A stretch of 64,000 nt of DNA, from NCBI GenBank assembly GCA_031283155.1, contig JAITCI010000018.1, positions 13,690 through 77,689 on the forward strand, in the 5' to 3' direction. Below the pieces are notes generated by a model. The model did no database searches. It was not told the DNA's origin and saw only the letters and a list, made by a program, of their open reading frames with translations. Numbering within the stretch: the first letter of the stretch is position 1; each line of letters starts with the position of its first letter. Source of the stretch: Spirochaetota bacterium (GTDB lineage: Bacteria > Spirochaetota > JAGLSM01 > JAKPMW01). The position numbers and the translations under genes were made by a program. This document shows, piece by piece, positions 49,243-57,532 of this stretch.

Positions 49243-50735
49243 AGAGCGGCCAATGCCTCCGCCGCGATTTCGCGGTCGTCAAAATGGATAGTCCGATCCG
49301 CAAAGATCTGATAATTCTCATGCCCTTTTCCGGCGATCAGAACGATGTCGCCCTTTCGCGCCTCGCGAAGCGCGGCACGGATGGCCGAGGCGCGATCAAC
49401 GCATACCCGCGCGCGGTTGGTATCTGTTATCCCGGGCAGGATGTCCTGTATGATCGCCTCGGGGTTTTCGGTGCGCGGATTGTCGCTTGTCACAATAACC
49501 ATGTCGGAGAGCGAGGAGGCCGCGCGCGCCATTTTGGGGCGCTTCGCGCGATCCCTGTCGCCGCCGCAGCCGAAAACCGTGATGATACGCCCGGGCTCAA
49601 GGCGGCGCGCGGAGGAAAGCAGATTCGCGAGCGCGTCGTCGGTATGGGCATAATCCACGGCGACCAAAAAGCCGCGATCATTCGGAACAAGCTCAAAGCG
49701 CCCGGGGATGCGCACCTCGGCCATGCCGCGCGCGATGATATCCGGTGCGATCCCGAGCGCCAGGGCGGCGCTCGCGGCGGCAAGCGAATTATAAATGTTG
49801 AAATATCCGCGCGACGCGAGTTCTGTGCGCGCAAGCGCGGTCTCTCTCCGGCAAAGCATATATGATGTTTCATGGAGGCTCGCCACCGCATCGCGCGCGA
49901 GAATATACTCTGCGCCTGTCCCGCGCGGATCGGCTCCGGCGTCTCCCTCGCCGAAGTACCAGATCGGCAGCCCGCTCTTCCGCAGCCGCGCCTTGACCGT
50001 ATCGGCATACTGGATATCGCGGTTACAGCAATACCACGTATTGGATTTCGCGCTGCGCTCCAGTTGATCGGCGAAGAGCAGTTTTGCGGCGAGGTACTCT
50101 TCCATCGTTTTATGAAAATCGAGATGATCCTCGGTGATATTCGTGAAGATCGCGCCGTCAAATTCAATTCCTTCCGTCCGGCCCAGCGCGAGCCCGTGCG
50201 AAGAGACCTCCATCACCGCAGCGCGCATACCGGCGTCGCGCATCCGCGCGAAGAGTTCCTGTAATTTGAGACCATCGGGCGTGGTATTGGCCGCCGGCTC
50301 GCGTTCACTCCCGATGATATGCTCTATGGTGCCTATGAGACCCGTCGGTATTCCGGCGGCCTCAAGAATCGCCTTCAGATAATATGTTGTGGAAGTTTTC
50401 CCGTTGGTTCCGGTGACCCCGATAACGGTCAACGCGCGCGTGGGATTGCCGTAAAAACGCGCCGCAAGTCCGGCGAGCTGCTTGCGGATATCCGCGCACA
50501 CGACGCACGGTACCGCGCATTTTGCCGGAATGAAGCCCGCGTCCTCAAGGATGATCGCGGCAGCGCCCTGTTCGATGGCCTGCGGGATAAAGGTATGCCC
50601 ATCGGACTTCACCCCTTTGAGCGCGATAAAGAGCGTACCGGGCGCGACGCGGCGCGAATCGGTCGTAACGGCGCTTATTTCGCAGTCACGATCATACCCG
50701 GGCGCAATCGCGCCCATCAGTTCGACAAACCGCAT
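49239..50735 (-). CDS. murE: UDP-MurNAc-dipeptide ligase
   Basis: TGTNGKT, EVSSH, DYAHT, DNPR, GKGHE; ATG 50735. Confidence 0.96.
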   Translation of the reverse strand: MRFVELMGAIAPGYDRDCEISAVTTDSRRVAPGTLFIALKGVKSDGHTFIPQAIEQGAAAIILEDAGFIPAKCAVPCVVCADIRKQLAGLAARFYGNPTRALTVIGVTGTNGKTSTTYYLKAILEAAGIPTGLIGTIEHIIGSEREPAANTTPDGLKLQELFARMRDAGMRAAVMEVSSHGLALGRTEGIEFDGAIFTNITEDHLDFHKTMEEYLAAKLLFADQLERSAKSNTWYCCNRDIQYADTVKARLRKSGLPIWYFGEGDAGADPRGTGAEYILARDAVASLHETSYMLCRRETALARTELASRGYFNIYNSLAAASAALALGIAPDIIARGMAEVRIPGRFELVPNDRGFLVAVDYAHTDDALANLLSSARRLEPGRIITVFGCGGDRDRAKRPKMARAASSLSDMVIVTSDNPRTENPEAIIQDILPGITDTNRARVCVDRASAIRAALREARKGDIVLIAGKGHENYQIFADRTIHFDDREIAAEALAAL

Positions 50736-50801
50736 ATCCGATCCTCTTACCGTTTTCCCAAAAAGCCGTGCCGCGCAATCCCTCAATCGCGCGATACCGC
50801 C

Positions 50802-51089
50802 CTACTTCCGTTCCCGCTCCTGCATTCCCAAAACGTCCTGCGCCAAAGACTTGATCCGTTCCGGACTCTTGAGCTGCTCAATCCGCCAGTCGAGCTGGTT
50901 CAGATTCTTGATCGCCTCCGCCTGCTCCTGCTTAAGCCGCGCGATCTCCTGATCGAGTTCGCGGCTCTTGATCCGCTGCATCAGAAACAGAAAGAGTACC
51001 GACATCACCAGGAGTACGATACATAGCACCCGCAGGCAGAGCCGCAGTACACTCTTCTCTTCCGGATGCGTGTGCGCGCGCGGGATCAT
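50802..51089 (-). CDS. ftsL: Cell division protein FtsL
   Basis: Single TM plus coiled coil ending SPERI..LA...LGM; position after rsmH. Confidence 0.8.
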   Translation of the reverse strand: MIPRAHTHPEEKSVLRLCLRVLCIVLLVMSVLFLFLMQRIKSRELDQEIARLKQEQAEAIKNLNQLDWRIEQLKSPERIKSLAQDVLGMQERERK

Positions 51090-52030
51090 GCCTCTATCCT
51101 TTCCGCAACGCGCAACCTAGCGCTCCGCGCGCGCGGATTTTTGCGCACCTCTTCCGCATCGGCGGTGATCGCGCGGCGCGGAACCGCGCGCAGTTTTCCC
51201 GGGCAGCCGCAGGTGCAGCGCAGCGCCCCGCGCGGGCAGACGCAATGCGGCTCATTCCCGCGCATATATTGTTTCACGATGCGATCCTCAAGCGAATGGA
51301 AGCTGATCACGCAAAGGCGCGCCCCCACAAGGAGTAGATCCAGCACCCCGTCCAGAAAATTGCGCAGGACATCAAGTTCGCGGTTCACCTCGATCCGCAG
51401 CGCCTGAAAAACCCTCGTGGCCGGATGGATGCGCCCGTGGGCATATTGCGCCGGAACATTTTTGGTGATGAGAGAGGCGAGTTCCTGCGTCCTCTGCAGC
51501 GCCGCGTCCGCCCTCTGCCGGACTACCGCGCGCGCTATCCGCGCGGCGTAGCGCTCCTCGCCATAGTCGCGGAACACGCGGACGAGTTCATCCTCGCTAT
51601 AAGTTCGCAGAACGTCCGCCGCCGAGAGCCGCGCGGTCACACCAAGCCGCATATCCAGCGCCTCGTCGCGCTGAAACGAAAAGCCGCGCCCGCCCGCCTC
51701 ATAATGGAAGGAAGAAATCCCGAGATCGAGCAGGATCCCGTCCAGACGCCGCACCCCCTCCTCGCGGAGAACATTGGGCAGCTCTTCAAAATTGACCTCA
51801 TGGATATGGATGCGGTCGCCGTATTCCGCGAGCCGCATACGCGCAACCTCGGCTATCGCGGCGTCCTGTTCGCAGGCGATAACGCGGCAGCGCGGCTCGC
51901 GCCGCAGGATGAGTTCGGAGTGTCCGCCCTCGCCCAGCGTACCGTCCAGATATACCCCATCCGCCTTCAGCGCCAAACCCTCCAGCACCTCGCGGGGCAT
52001 CACCGGTTCATGAATATATTCCGTTTTCAT
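51086..52030 (-). CDS. rsmH: 16S rRNA m4C1402 methyltransferase
   Basis: DGTLGEGGHS, DLGISS, HPATRVFQALRIEVN, SFHSLEDR, NPRARSARLR. Confidence 0.97.
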   Translation of the reverse strand: MKTEYIHEPVMPREVLEGLALKADGVYLDGTLGEGGHSELILRREPRCRVIACEQDAAIAEVARMRLAEYGDRIHIHEVNFEELPNVLREEGVRRLDGILLDLGISSFHYEAGGRGFSFQRDEALDMRLGVTARLSAADVLRTYSEDELVRVFRDYGEERYAARIARAVVRQRADAALQRTQELASLITKNVPAQYAHGRIHPATRVFQALRIEVNRELDVLRNFLDGVLDLLLVGARLCVISFHSLEDRIVKQYMRGNEPHCVCPRGALRCTCGCPGKLRAVPRRAITADAEEVRKNPRARSARLRVAERIEA

Positions 52031-52041
52031 TCCGCCCCGCT

Positions 52042-52521
52042 CTACAGGTCCAGCCGCGAAAGCGTGTCGCCAATCGCGTCCAGATCGCCGTTCTCCCGTA
52101 AATCGCGCTCGTAGGCGTCCTTGTCCCATATCTCGATGCGCCGCCCCACGCCCACCACCACGCAATCCCTGGTGATCGAGGCATAGTCGCACAGAACCTG
52201 CGGTATCAAAATCCGCCCCTGTTTATCCGCCGCGAGTTCAACCGCCGGCCCGATGAATTTGCGCTGAAAAATGCGATGTTCGCGGTTGCCCATCGAGAGC
52301 CCCGCGAGCTTGTCCTGCAGCATCTCCTGCCAGGCCTCTGCGGTAAACAGATACAGGCAGGCCTCAATGCCCTTGGTGACGACCCACAGCTCGCGGCCAT
52401 CGATCCAGGATGCATACCCCCGAAATCTTGCCGGCACGGCAAGCCGCGATTTCTCGTCGAGGGTATGGAGATTTTCGCCGGAAAAAAGGTCTATTCTGCG
52501 AGTTCCATTGGGAGATTCCAC
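52042..52521 (-). CDS. mraZ: Division/cell wall cluster repressor MraZ
   Basis: LDEKSRLAVP, DKQGRILIP, RIEIWD; GTG start with GAGG RBS (TTG at 52524 also possible). Confidence 0.93.
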   Translation of the reverse strand: MESPNGTRRIDLFSGENLHTLDEKSRLAVPARFRGYASWIDGRELWVVTKGIEACLYLFTAEAWQEMLQDKLAGLSMGNREHRIFQRKFIGPAVELAADKQGRILIPQVLCDYASITRDCVVVGVGRRIEIWDKDAYERDLRENGDLDAIGDTLSRLDL

Positions 52522-52594
52522 CAAATTTCCTCATAATTCCCCAAATTTCCCCACCCACAACCACAAGTCTAGCTTCCATGCCCGGGTTTGTCAA
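52517..52594 (-). promoter_or_regulatory. dcw promoter with MraZ boxes
   Basis: TTGACA-N17-TAGACT followed by 10-nt periodic TGG(G/T) boxes (GTGGTTGTGG GTGGGGAAAT TTGGGGAATT ATGAGGAAAT TTGGTGG). Confidence 0.8.
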
Positions 52595-52603
52595 TGCTTT
52601 TTT

Positions 52604-52676
52604 GCTGACAGGACGTCAGCACGCAGCCCGCAACATGGCTTGTGCCCTGTGGGTAAGGTTGCGTATCTGGGCTGCG
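52604..52676. repeat. Palindromic element abutting the dcw -35 box
   Basis: GCTGAC-aggac-GTCAGC plus GCAAC-atggcttgtgccctgtgggtaag-GTTGC. Confidence 0.8.
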
Positions 52677-52718
52677 GGCGTTCCGAAAGGTTTTCTCCAC
52701 TTGTATGAGAGGCATGGT

Positions 52719-52837
52719 GGAAAGGGCGTCCAAAGTCTTGCCACTTTCACAAAGCTGCGCGAACGGGAGCGCTTGCTTTCCCGTGTTGCAGCGAAAAACG
52801 ACCGCTGAACCGCGAACATGGCGCGCGCGGCAATTTT
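52719..52837 (+). repeat. Direct repeat copy 1 (about 118 bp)
   Basis: Near-identical to 54951-55067 (a few substitutions and a 2-bp indel). Confidence 0.92.
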
Positions 52838-52973
52838 AGTGAAATGTGCAAATCTTCTGAACATGGCACGAAGTGTGCAGAGCAACGCGAAGCGCGCGGA
52901 GCAGTCTGCTCGAAAAGTTATGCCCTCGCTCTGCGCGCTTCGCGTCGGACATTGCCGTAAGAATGGATTGTAT

Positions 52974-53020
52974 CGTCGCTTGTACCCTTACCCCCGCAGG
53001 GGGTAAGGGTACAAGCGACG
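52974..53020. repeat. Perfect 22-bp inverted repeat with 3-nt loop
   Basis: CGTCGCTTGTACCCTTACCCCC-GCA-GGGGGTAAGGGTACAAGCGACG. Confidence 0.95.
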
Positions 53021-53224
53021 AACGTCAGCACAACCGGGATTCGCGGGCAGCCCAATTATGCGTTTGTTTGCCGCGAAAAAACCGAAAAAGAATCGAATAA
53101 AATCCAACAACAAAAAAGGGATTACAGCTTAGAACACAGCAAAGTGTCCTGTGGGTACGAGACCACAAAAATGACTAAAAGGGTAATTGTAGTTTTGTTA
53201 AGGCTCCACAAACCCCATTTTACA

Positions 53225-54829
53225 TTATTCTCTTATCATTTCAACATAATTCAAAGGGTTTATCAATACTGATACACCATCTGTTGTCTTCCCTGTCTTA
53301 AATACGTGTTTCCAAAAATCATAATTATTTTTTCCTGAAAATATTGTGCTTGCCATGCCTCTATCTTTCCATAGAGGCAATTTAACTAAATTTTTTACAA
53401 ATATTTCCAAGTTATGCCACAATTGATCATCAAAAGGTGTTTGGAATAATTTATTTTTATCAAATATCTTGCCAGTAGTAGAAAAATAACTTTCAACAAC
53501 TTTTTGTAGAAATAACAACCAATTATAAATTATTTCTTCTTTACTGATTCTATATGCAATTAAATGATCATCGGTTATATCTGCATCTTTTTTATCAATG
53601 ATCTTCTGCTCAATTCTGGACACACCTATATCAGGGTTGAATTTCCCGATATATATTACTTCAGCTATTATATTCAATAATTTCACAAGTTGATATATTT
53701 CAAGTTCTCTTGGGTTATTTCCCTCGTCAGTCTTATACCCGATATTTGTAGTTAAAATCAACTTTGAATCTAAAAATATTGAAAGAAATGTTTTTTCAAA
53801 GGCACTATATGATAAAGGGAGTCCTTTAGCTTTACCTTCAAAATCGATATAATCTTTTAATTTATTATCAGCAGAATAAGTTATTGAATGTTTTAAGCTG
53901 TCAATAATATATTTACGTATATTTATTCTTTCTCCTTTAAAATAATCTACCAATTGTTGCTCTGAAAAATCAAAATTATCGTCGCCAAAACTATGTTCTG
54001 ACTGATACCTCTTTATACGCTCATAATATAAGGTATTATTTAATTGGCGCATAATGGATTTATCAAATGCAATTTGCCGCAGAATACTGCCTGCATTTGT
54101 ATTTGTTTCTGTTAAGCGATCAACATCTGGACTCAAAAACAACCTTAAAAGCAATTTTTTACTATTCAATAAAATTTGTGCAACTGCCTTATGCTGCCCA
54201 TCAAAAATAACTATCTTTCCATCTTTAATGCGAGCCAACGAAATGTGCAACTGCGGATTACCCTTATAAAACTCTTTTACTAATAATGAGACGCTATTAT
54301 TGATACCACGAGGATTAATAAGACGATCATGAAACAGATATTCAATAGGTATATGTAAGAATACAGTTTTTTCATTGGACAAATTGTCTTCAAATATCTC
54401 AGAATAATAAATTTTGTTATCATTAATATCTGGAAACGAGTAAGAAAGTTTATTGTCTTCTATTTTATATTTAAATTCATACGAAGAACCGCCATAAAAT
54501 TTTAATACATCTTCGAGCGAGGCAGACCGACCATTATCCTTCTCGGATACATCCTTTTGAATTTTTCTTAATTTTGCCAATATTCTGGAAATCCTTAGAT
54601 CAGAGTCCTGTTTAGACTTATTGCAAGAAGCATGTGTAACAGCAAAATTTTCTTCAATATCTTTCCCTTTATTCGCCAAAGGAATAATATGGTCAATATT
54701 AGTATCATGTAAAACCAAATCTATAGATTCTTGGCATATATAACAGATATTGCTTTGAATTTTCAATAATTTTGCGGTTAAATCTTTATATTCGTCATTC
54801 GTTAATGCCTCTAAATATTTTGAAACCAT
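53225..54829 (-). CDS. HNH endonuclease fused to a ParB/DGQHR-like domain (AT-rich)
   Basis: CYIC...DHIIP...N...H..CN at the N-terminus; INPR...IFDGQHKAVAQ centrally; GGAGG RBS before ATG 54829. Confidence 0.8.
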   Translation of the reverse strand: MVSKYLEALTNDEYKDLTAKLLKIQSNICYICQESIDLVLHDTNIDHIIPLANKGKDIEENFAVTHASCNKSKQDSDLRISRILAKLRKIQKDVSEKDNGRSASLEDVLKFYGGSSYEFKYKIEDNKLSYSFPDINDNKIYYSEIFEDNLSNEKTVFLHIPIEYLFHDRLINPRGINNSVSLLVKEFYKGNPQLHISLARIKDGKIVIFDGQHKAVAQILLNSKKLLLRLFLSPDVDRLTETNTNAGSILRQIAFDKSIMRQLNNTLYYERIKRYQSEHSFGDDNFDFSEQQLVDYFKGERINIRKYIIDSLKHSITYSADNKLKDYIDFEGKAKGLPLSYSAFEKTFLSIFLDSKLILTTNIGYKTDEGNNPRELEIYQLVKLLNIIAEVIYIGKFNPDIGVSRIEQKIIDKKDADITDDHLIAYRISKEEIIYNWLLFLQKVVESYFSTTGKIFDKNKLFQTPFDDQLWHNLEIFVKNLVKLPLWKDRGMASTIFSGKNNYDFWKHVFKTGKTTDGVSVLINPLNYVEMIRE

Positions 54830-54879
54830 AAATCTTTTCCTCCAAAGCATCATACGATGTATTTATTTCTATATGCTTC

Positions 54880-54940
54880 ATTATTTCACAGGAAATATCT
54901 TTTGTCAACTGTTTTTCCCATATTTGTTTTTCCCATATTT
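54880..54940 (-). promoter_or_regulatory. Putative promoter of the HNH gene preceded by a 15-bp tandem repeat
   Basis: TTGACA-N17-AATAAT; GTTTTTCCCATATTT x2 at 54911-54940. Confidence 0.55.
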
Positions 54941-54950
54941 ATACATTTTT

Positions 54951-55067
54951 GGAAAGGACGTCCAAAGTCTTGCCACTTTCGCAAAGCTGCGCGAACGGGA
55001 GCGCTTGCTTTCCCGAGTTGCAGCGAAAAACGACCGCTGAACCGCGAATGACGCGCGCGGCAATTTT
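54951..55067 (+). repeat. Direct repeat copy 2
   Basis: Near-identical to 52719-52837. Confidence 0.92.
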
Positions 55068-55114
55068 CGCCTGACCGATGGAATAAAAAGCAAAAGCAGT
55101 GGCCGCGCCCTGCG

Positions 55115-55333
55115 TCAGACGACCTGGTAAATGATCGGGCGGTACTGAGGTTTCGGAATCGGGATATTGCTGTTTTTTGCCTCTTCAAGCCAAAGTTTTT
55201 GGGCGATTAAGACCTGTTGCAGAGCGTCATTCGGCGTTTTTCCAAAAGCGCTGCAATTCTTCAAGTCCGGAATATCCGCAATATATCCTTCGTCGTCATC
55301 ACTGTAAAAAATATTTATATGATAGTCCTTCAT
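55115..55333 (-). CDS. hicB: HicB-family antitoxin (short)
   Basis: YIADIPDLKNCSAFGKTPNDAL; no C-terminal DNA-binding domain. Confidence 0.88.
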   Translation of the reverse strand: MKDYHINIFYSDDDEGYIADIPDLKNCSAFGKTPNDALQQVLIAQKLWLEEAKNSNIPIPKPQYRPIIYQVV

Positions 55334-55335
55334 GA

Positions 55336-55587
55336 TCAGTCCTCCATTTTCAAATTATATTTTTCAATCAAGGCAAAGAACTGCCTTACCTGATACGGCT
55401 TAGCTTCACCATGGACATTTTGAATGTTCATAATTTCTTTAACTGAGTCATTCCTGAATATAGTATGGCTTCCTTCTGTCCTCGCGAGATAAAATCCATA
55501 CGCTTCAAGAATAGTTACAAAGTCATTGTATTTAACATTCTTTTGATTGGAGAGTATTTGCTGAAGCAGTTTTTGCTTATTCAACAA
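55336..55587 (-). CDS. hicA: HicA-family toxin
   Basis: LEAYGF..RTEGSH.IF...AKPYQVRQ. Confidence 0.88.
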   Translation of the reverse strand: MLNKQKLLQQILSNQKNVKYNDFVTILEAYGFYLARTEGSHTIFRNDSVKEIMNIQNVHGEAKPYQVRQFFALIEKYNLKMED

Positions 55588-55829
55588 TATGCTCCTTTAT
55601 TCCCCGCGACGCCGTTTATAACAGCGGCTGCGTTTCCATTATAGACAAAAGAGCCGCTGCTGGCAAGCTCGCCGCCGCCCGGGGCACATTCAGAGACGGA
55701 ACGATTTTTGTACTGGTTCCCGCGTATCTTTTATCCGGGATTATGCCTTTCAGGTATTACGGCACACAACTTCGCGGCTATGTAGTCTTGTCGTCCCCGC
55801 TCGCGGAACGCTTGCTTTCGGCGGGAAGT

Positions 55830-55892
55830 GCCCCGCACTTTTCGACATCCGTGTCAGTGCGGGGTGCTCCCCTTCCAGGTACGCATGTTTGG
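55830..55892 (+). repeat. Palindromic element, direct-repeat partner of 60151-60214
   Basis: CCCCGCAC-ttttcGACATCCGTGTCa-GTGCGGGG-tgctccccttccaggtac. Confidence 0.85.
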
Positions 55893-56104
55893 TTCACACG
55901 CGGGACGGCAGAACAGATATCAATACGATCAGGATCGCTGACTATTTTCGTATGCGCCATCTGCTCCCCAAAAAAATATCTGCCTGTAAACATGGATTTT
56001 TATGACGCAGCGGCTCTGCGCTGGCATAATGTGCGGTTTGTTTTGCCGCACAGGCGCGCGGCGTTAAATTTAACCGTATCGCAGTCCGGATCGAGGAGCG
56101 CGGT

Positions 56105-57532
56105 TTGATACAGGCACAGAGGCGTCTTTTGGCCGTATGGATATGCAAGATGCTCATCATCGCCGGGAAGCTGCTCGGGAAGCGCGGCTCCGCGACCCCG
56201 GGCAAATTCGCGCTACGCATCGCGCCGGATATCCTGCGGCATCTCGCGGCGCAGGTCCGGCAGGGGATTATTGCCGTATGCGGCACAAACGGCAAAACCA
56301 CAACAAATAATTTTATATACACCCTGCTCCGCGCCGGAGGGTATACCCTGGTTTGCAACCGCGTGGGCGCGAATATGCTCTATGGCGCGGTAACGGCGTT
56401 CGCGGACGCGGCGGGATACGGCGGCAGGCTCAACGCCGATTTCGCGTGCATAGAGGTGGACGAACTCTCCGCCGTTAAGGTGTTTGCGCATTTCACGCCA
56501 AATATTATTGTGATTACAAATTTGTTCCGCGATCAGCTTGACCGGTACGGCGAGATCGATATCACCATCGAAAGCCTGAAGCGCGCTGCTGCGCAAGCGG
56601 GGAAAGCAACGCTCCTCCTGAATGCCGACGACCCCATGCTCGCCGCGTTTGGCAGGGAAGTACGCGCGCAGGGACACGCGAACATAAAATATTTCGGCTT
56701 GCGCGATGCCCCGCTCGGTCAAAGCGAACCTTACCCACAGGGCACTTCGCCATGTTCGCAGCGCGGGGTGCAGCCTCCGTGCTGCACAAGCATCGAAACC
56801 AGGGAGGGGCGCTTCTGTCGGCTCTGCGGCGCTGAACTCAAATACGATGCGTATTATTACAGCCAGCTAGGCCGCTACGCCTGCCCGCGCTGCGGCTTCA
56901 CGCGCCCCGAACCGGACTACACCGCCGAAAATATAACCCTCGATGGCGGCATCGCCTTTGATCTGGACGGTACGCATATCGCGGCGGACTATCGCGGCCT
57001 CTACAATATTTATAATATGCTCGCCGCCTGCGCGGTGCTGTGGGAATACGATATACGCGCTGTGGATATCAACAAAGCCTTTGCCGGATACCGCCCGCAG
57101 ATCGGCAGGATGGAAACCTTTACGATTGGCGGCAAGCAGGTTATCCTGAACCTCTCCAAAAATCCCGCCGGCTTCAATCAGGCCATCGCCGCCCTGCGTA
57201 CCGACACGCGAAGCAAGACTGTGGTTATCGTGATCAACGACAACGATCAGGACGGGCGCGACGTTTCCTGGCTCTGGGACGTTGATTTTGAGCGCCTTGA
57301 CAACATCCCGGATATTATCACAAGCGGCCTGCGCGCCGCCGATATGCGGGTGCGCATGAAGTACGCGGGCAATATGGCGCGCATACTGCCCGAAATCAAG
57401 GAGGCGATCCGCGCCGCGCTTCTGTGCGATTCCGATGTCGTGTATACGCTTGTGAATTATACCGCGCTCTTTTATACGCACGATTTGTTAGAGAAATTAT
57501 CAAAGCGGCGAACGAGGTTTATATGGAAATAA
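56105..57532 (+). CDS. murT: Lipid II isoglutaminyl synthase subunit MurT
   Basis: GTNGKTT, NLFRDQLDRYGE, Cys4 finger CRLC/CPRC, DUF1727 LSKNPAG...DGRDVSWLWD. Confidence 0.92.
   Translation: MIQAQRRLLAVWICKMLIIAGKLLGKRGSATPGKFALRIAPDILRHLAAQVRQGIIAVCGTNGKTTTNNFIYTLLRAGGYTLVCNRVGANMLYGAVTAFADAAGYGGRLNADFACIEVDELSAVKVFAHFTPNIIVITNLFRDQLDRYGEIDITIESLKRAAAQAGKATLLLNADDPMLAAFGREVRAQGHANIKYFGLRDAPLGQSEPYPQGTSPCSQRGVQPPCCTSIETREGRFCRLCGAELKYDAYYYSQLGRYACPRCGFTRPEPDYTAENITLDGGIAFDLDGTHIAADYRGLYNIYNMLAACAVLWEYDIRAVDINKAFAGYRPQIGRMETFTIGGKQVILNLSKNPAGFNQAIAALRTDTRSKTVVIVINDNDQDGRDVSWLWDVDFERLDNIPDIITSGLRAADMRVRMKYAGNMARILPEIKEAIRAALLCDSDVVYTLVNYTALFYTHDLLEKLSKRRTRFIWK
56708..56787. repeat. Palindromic element inserted in frame in murT
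   Basis: CCCCGC...GCGAAC-cttacccacagggcacttcgccat-GTTCGC..GCGGGG-TGCAGC-ctccgt-GCTGCAC. Confidence 0.85.
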
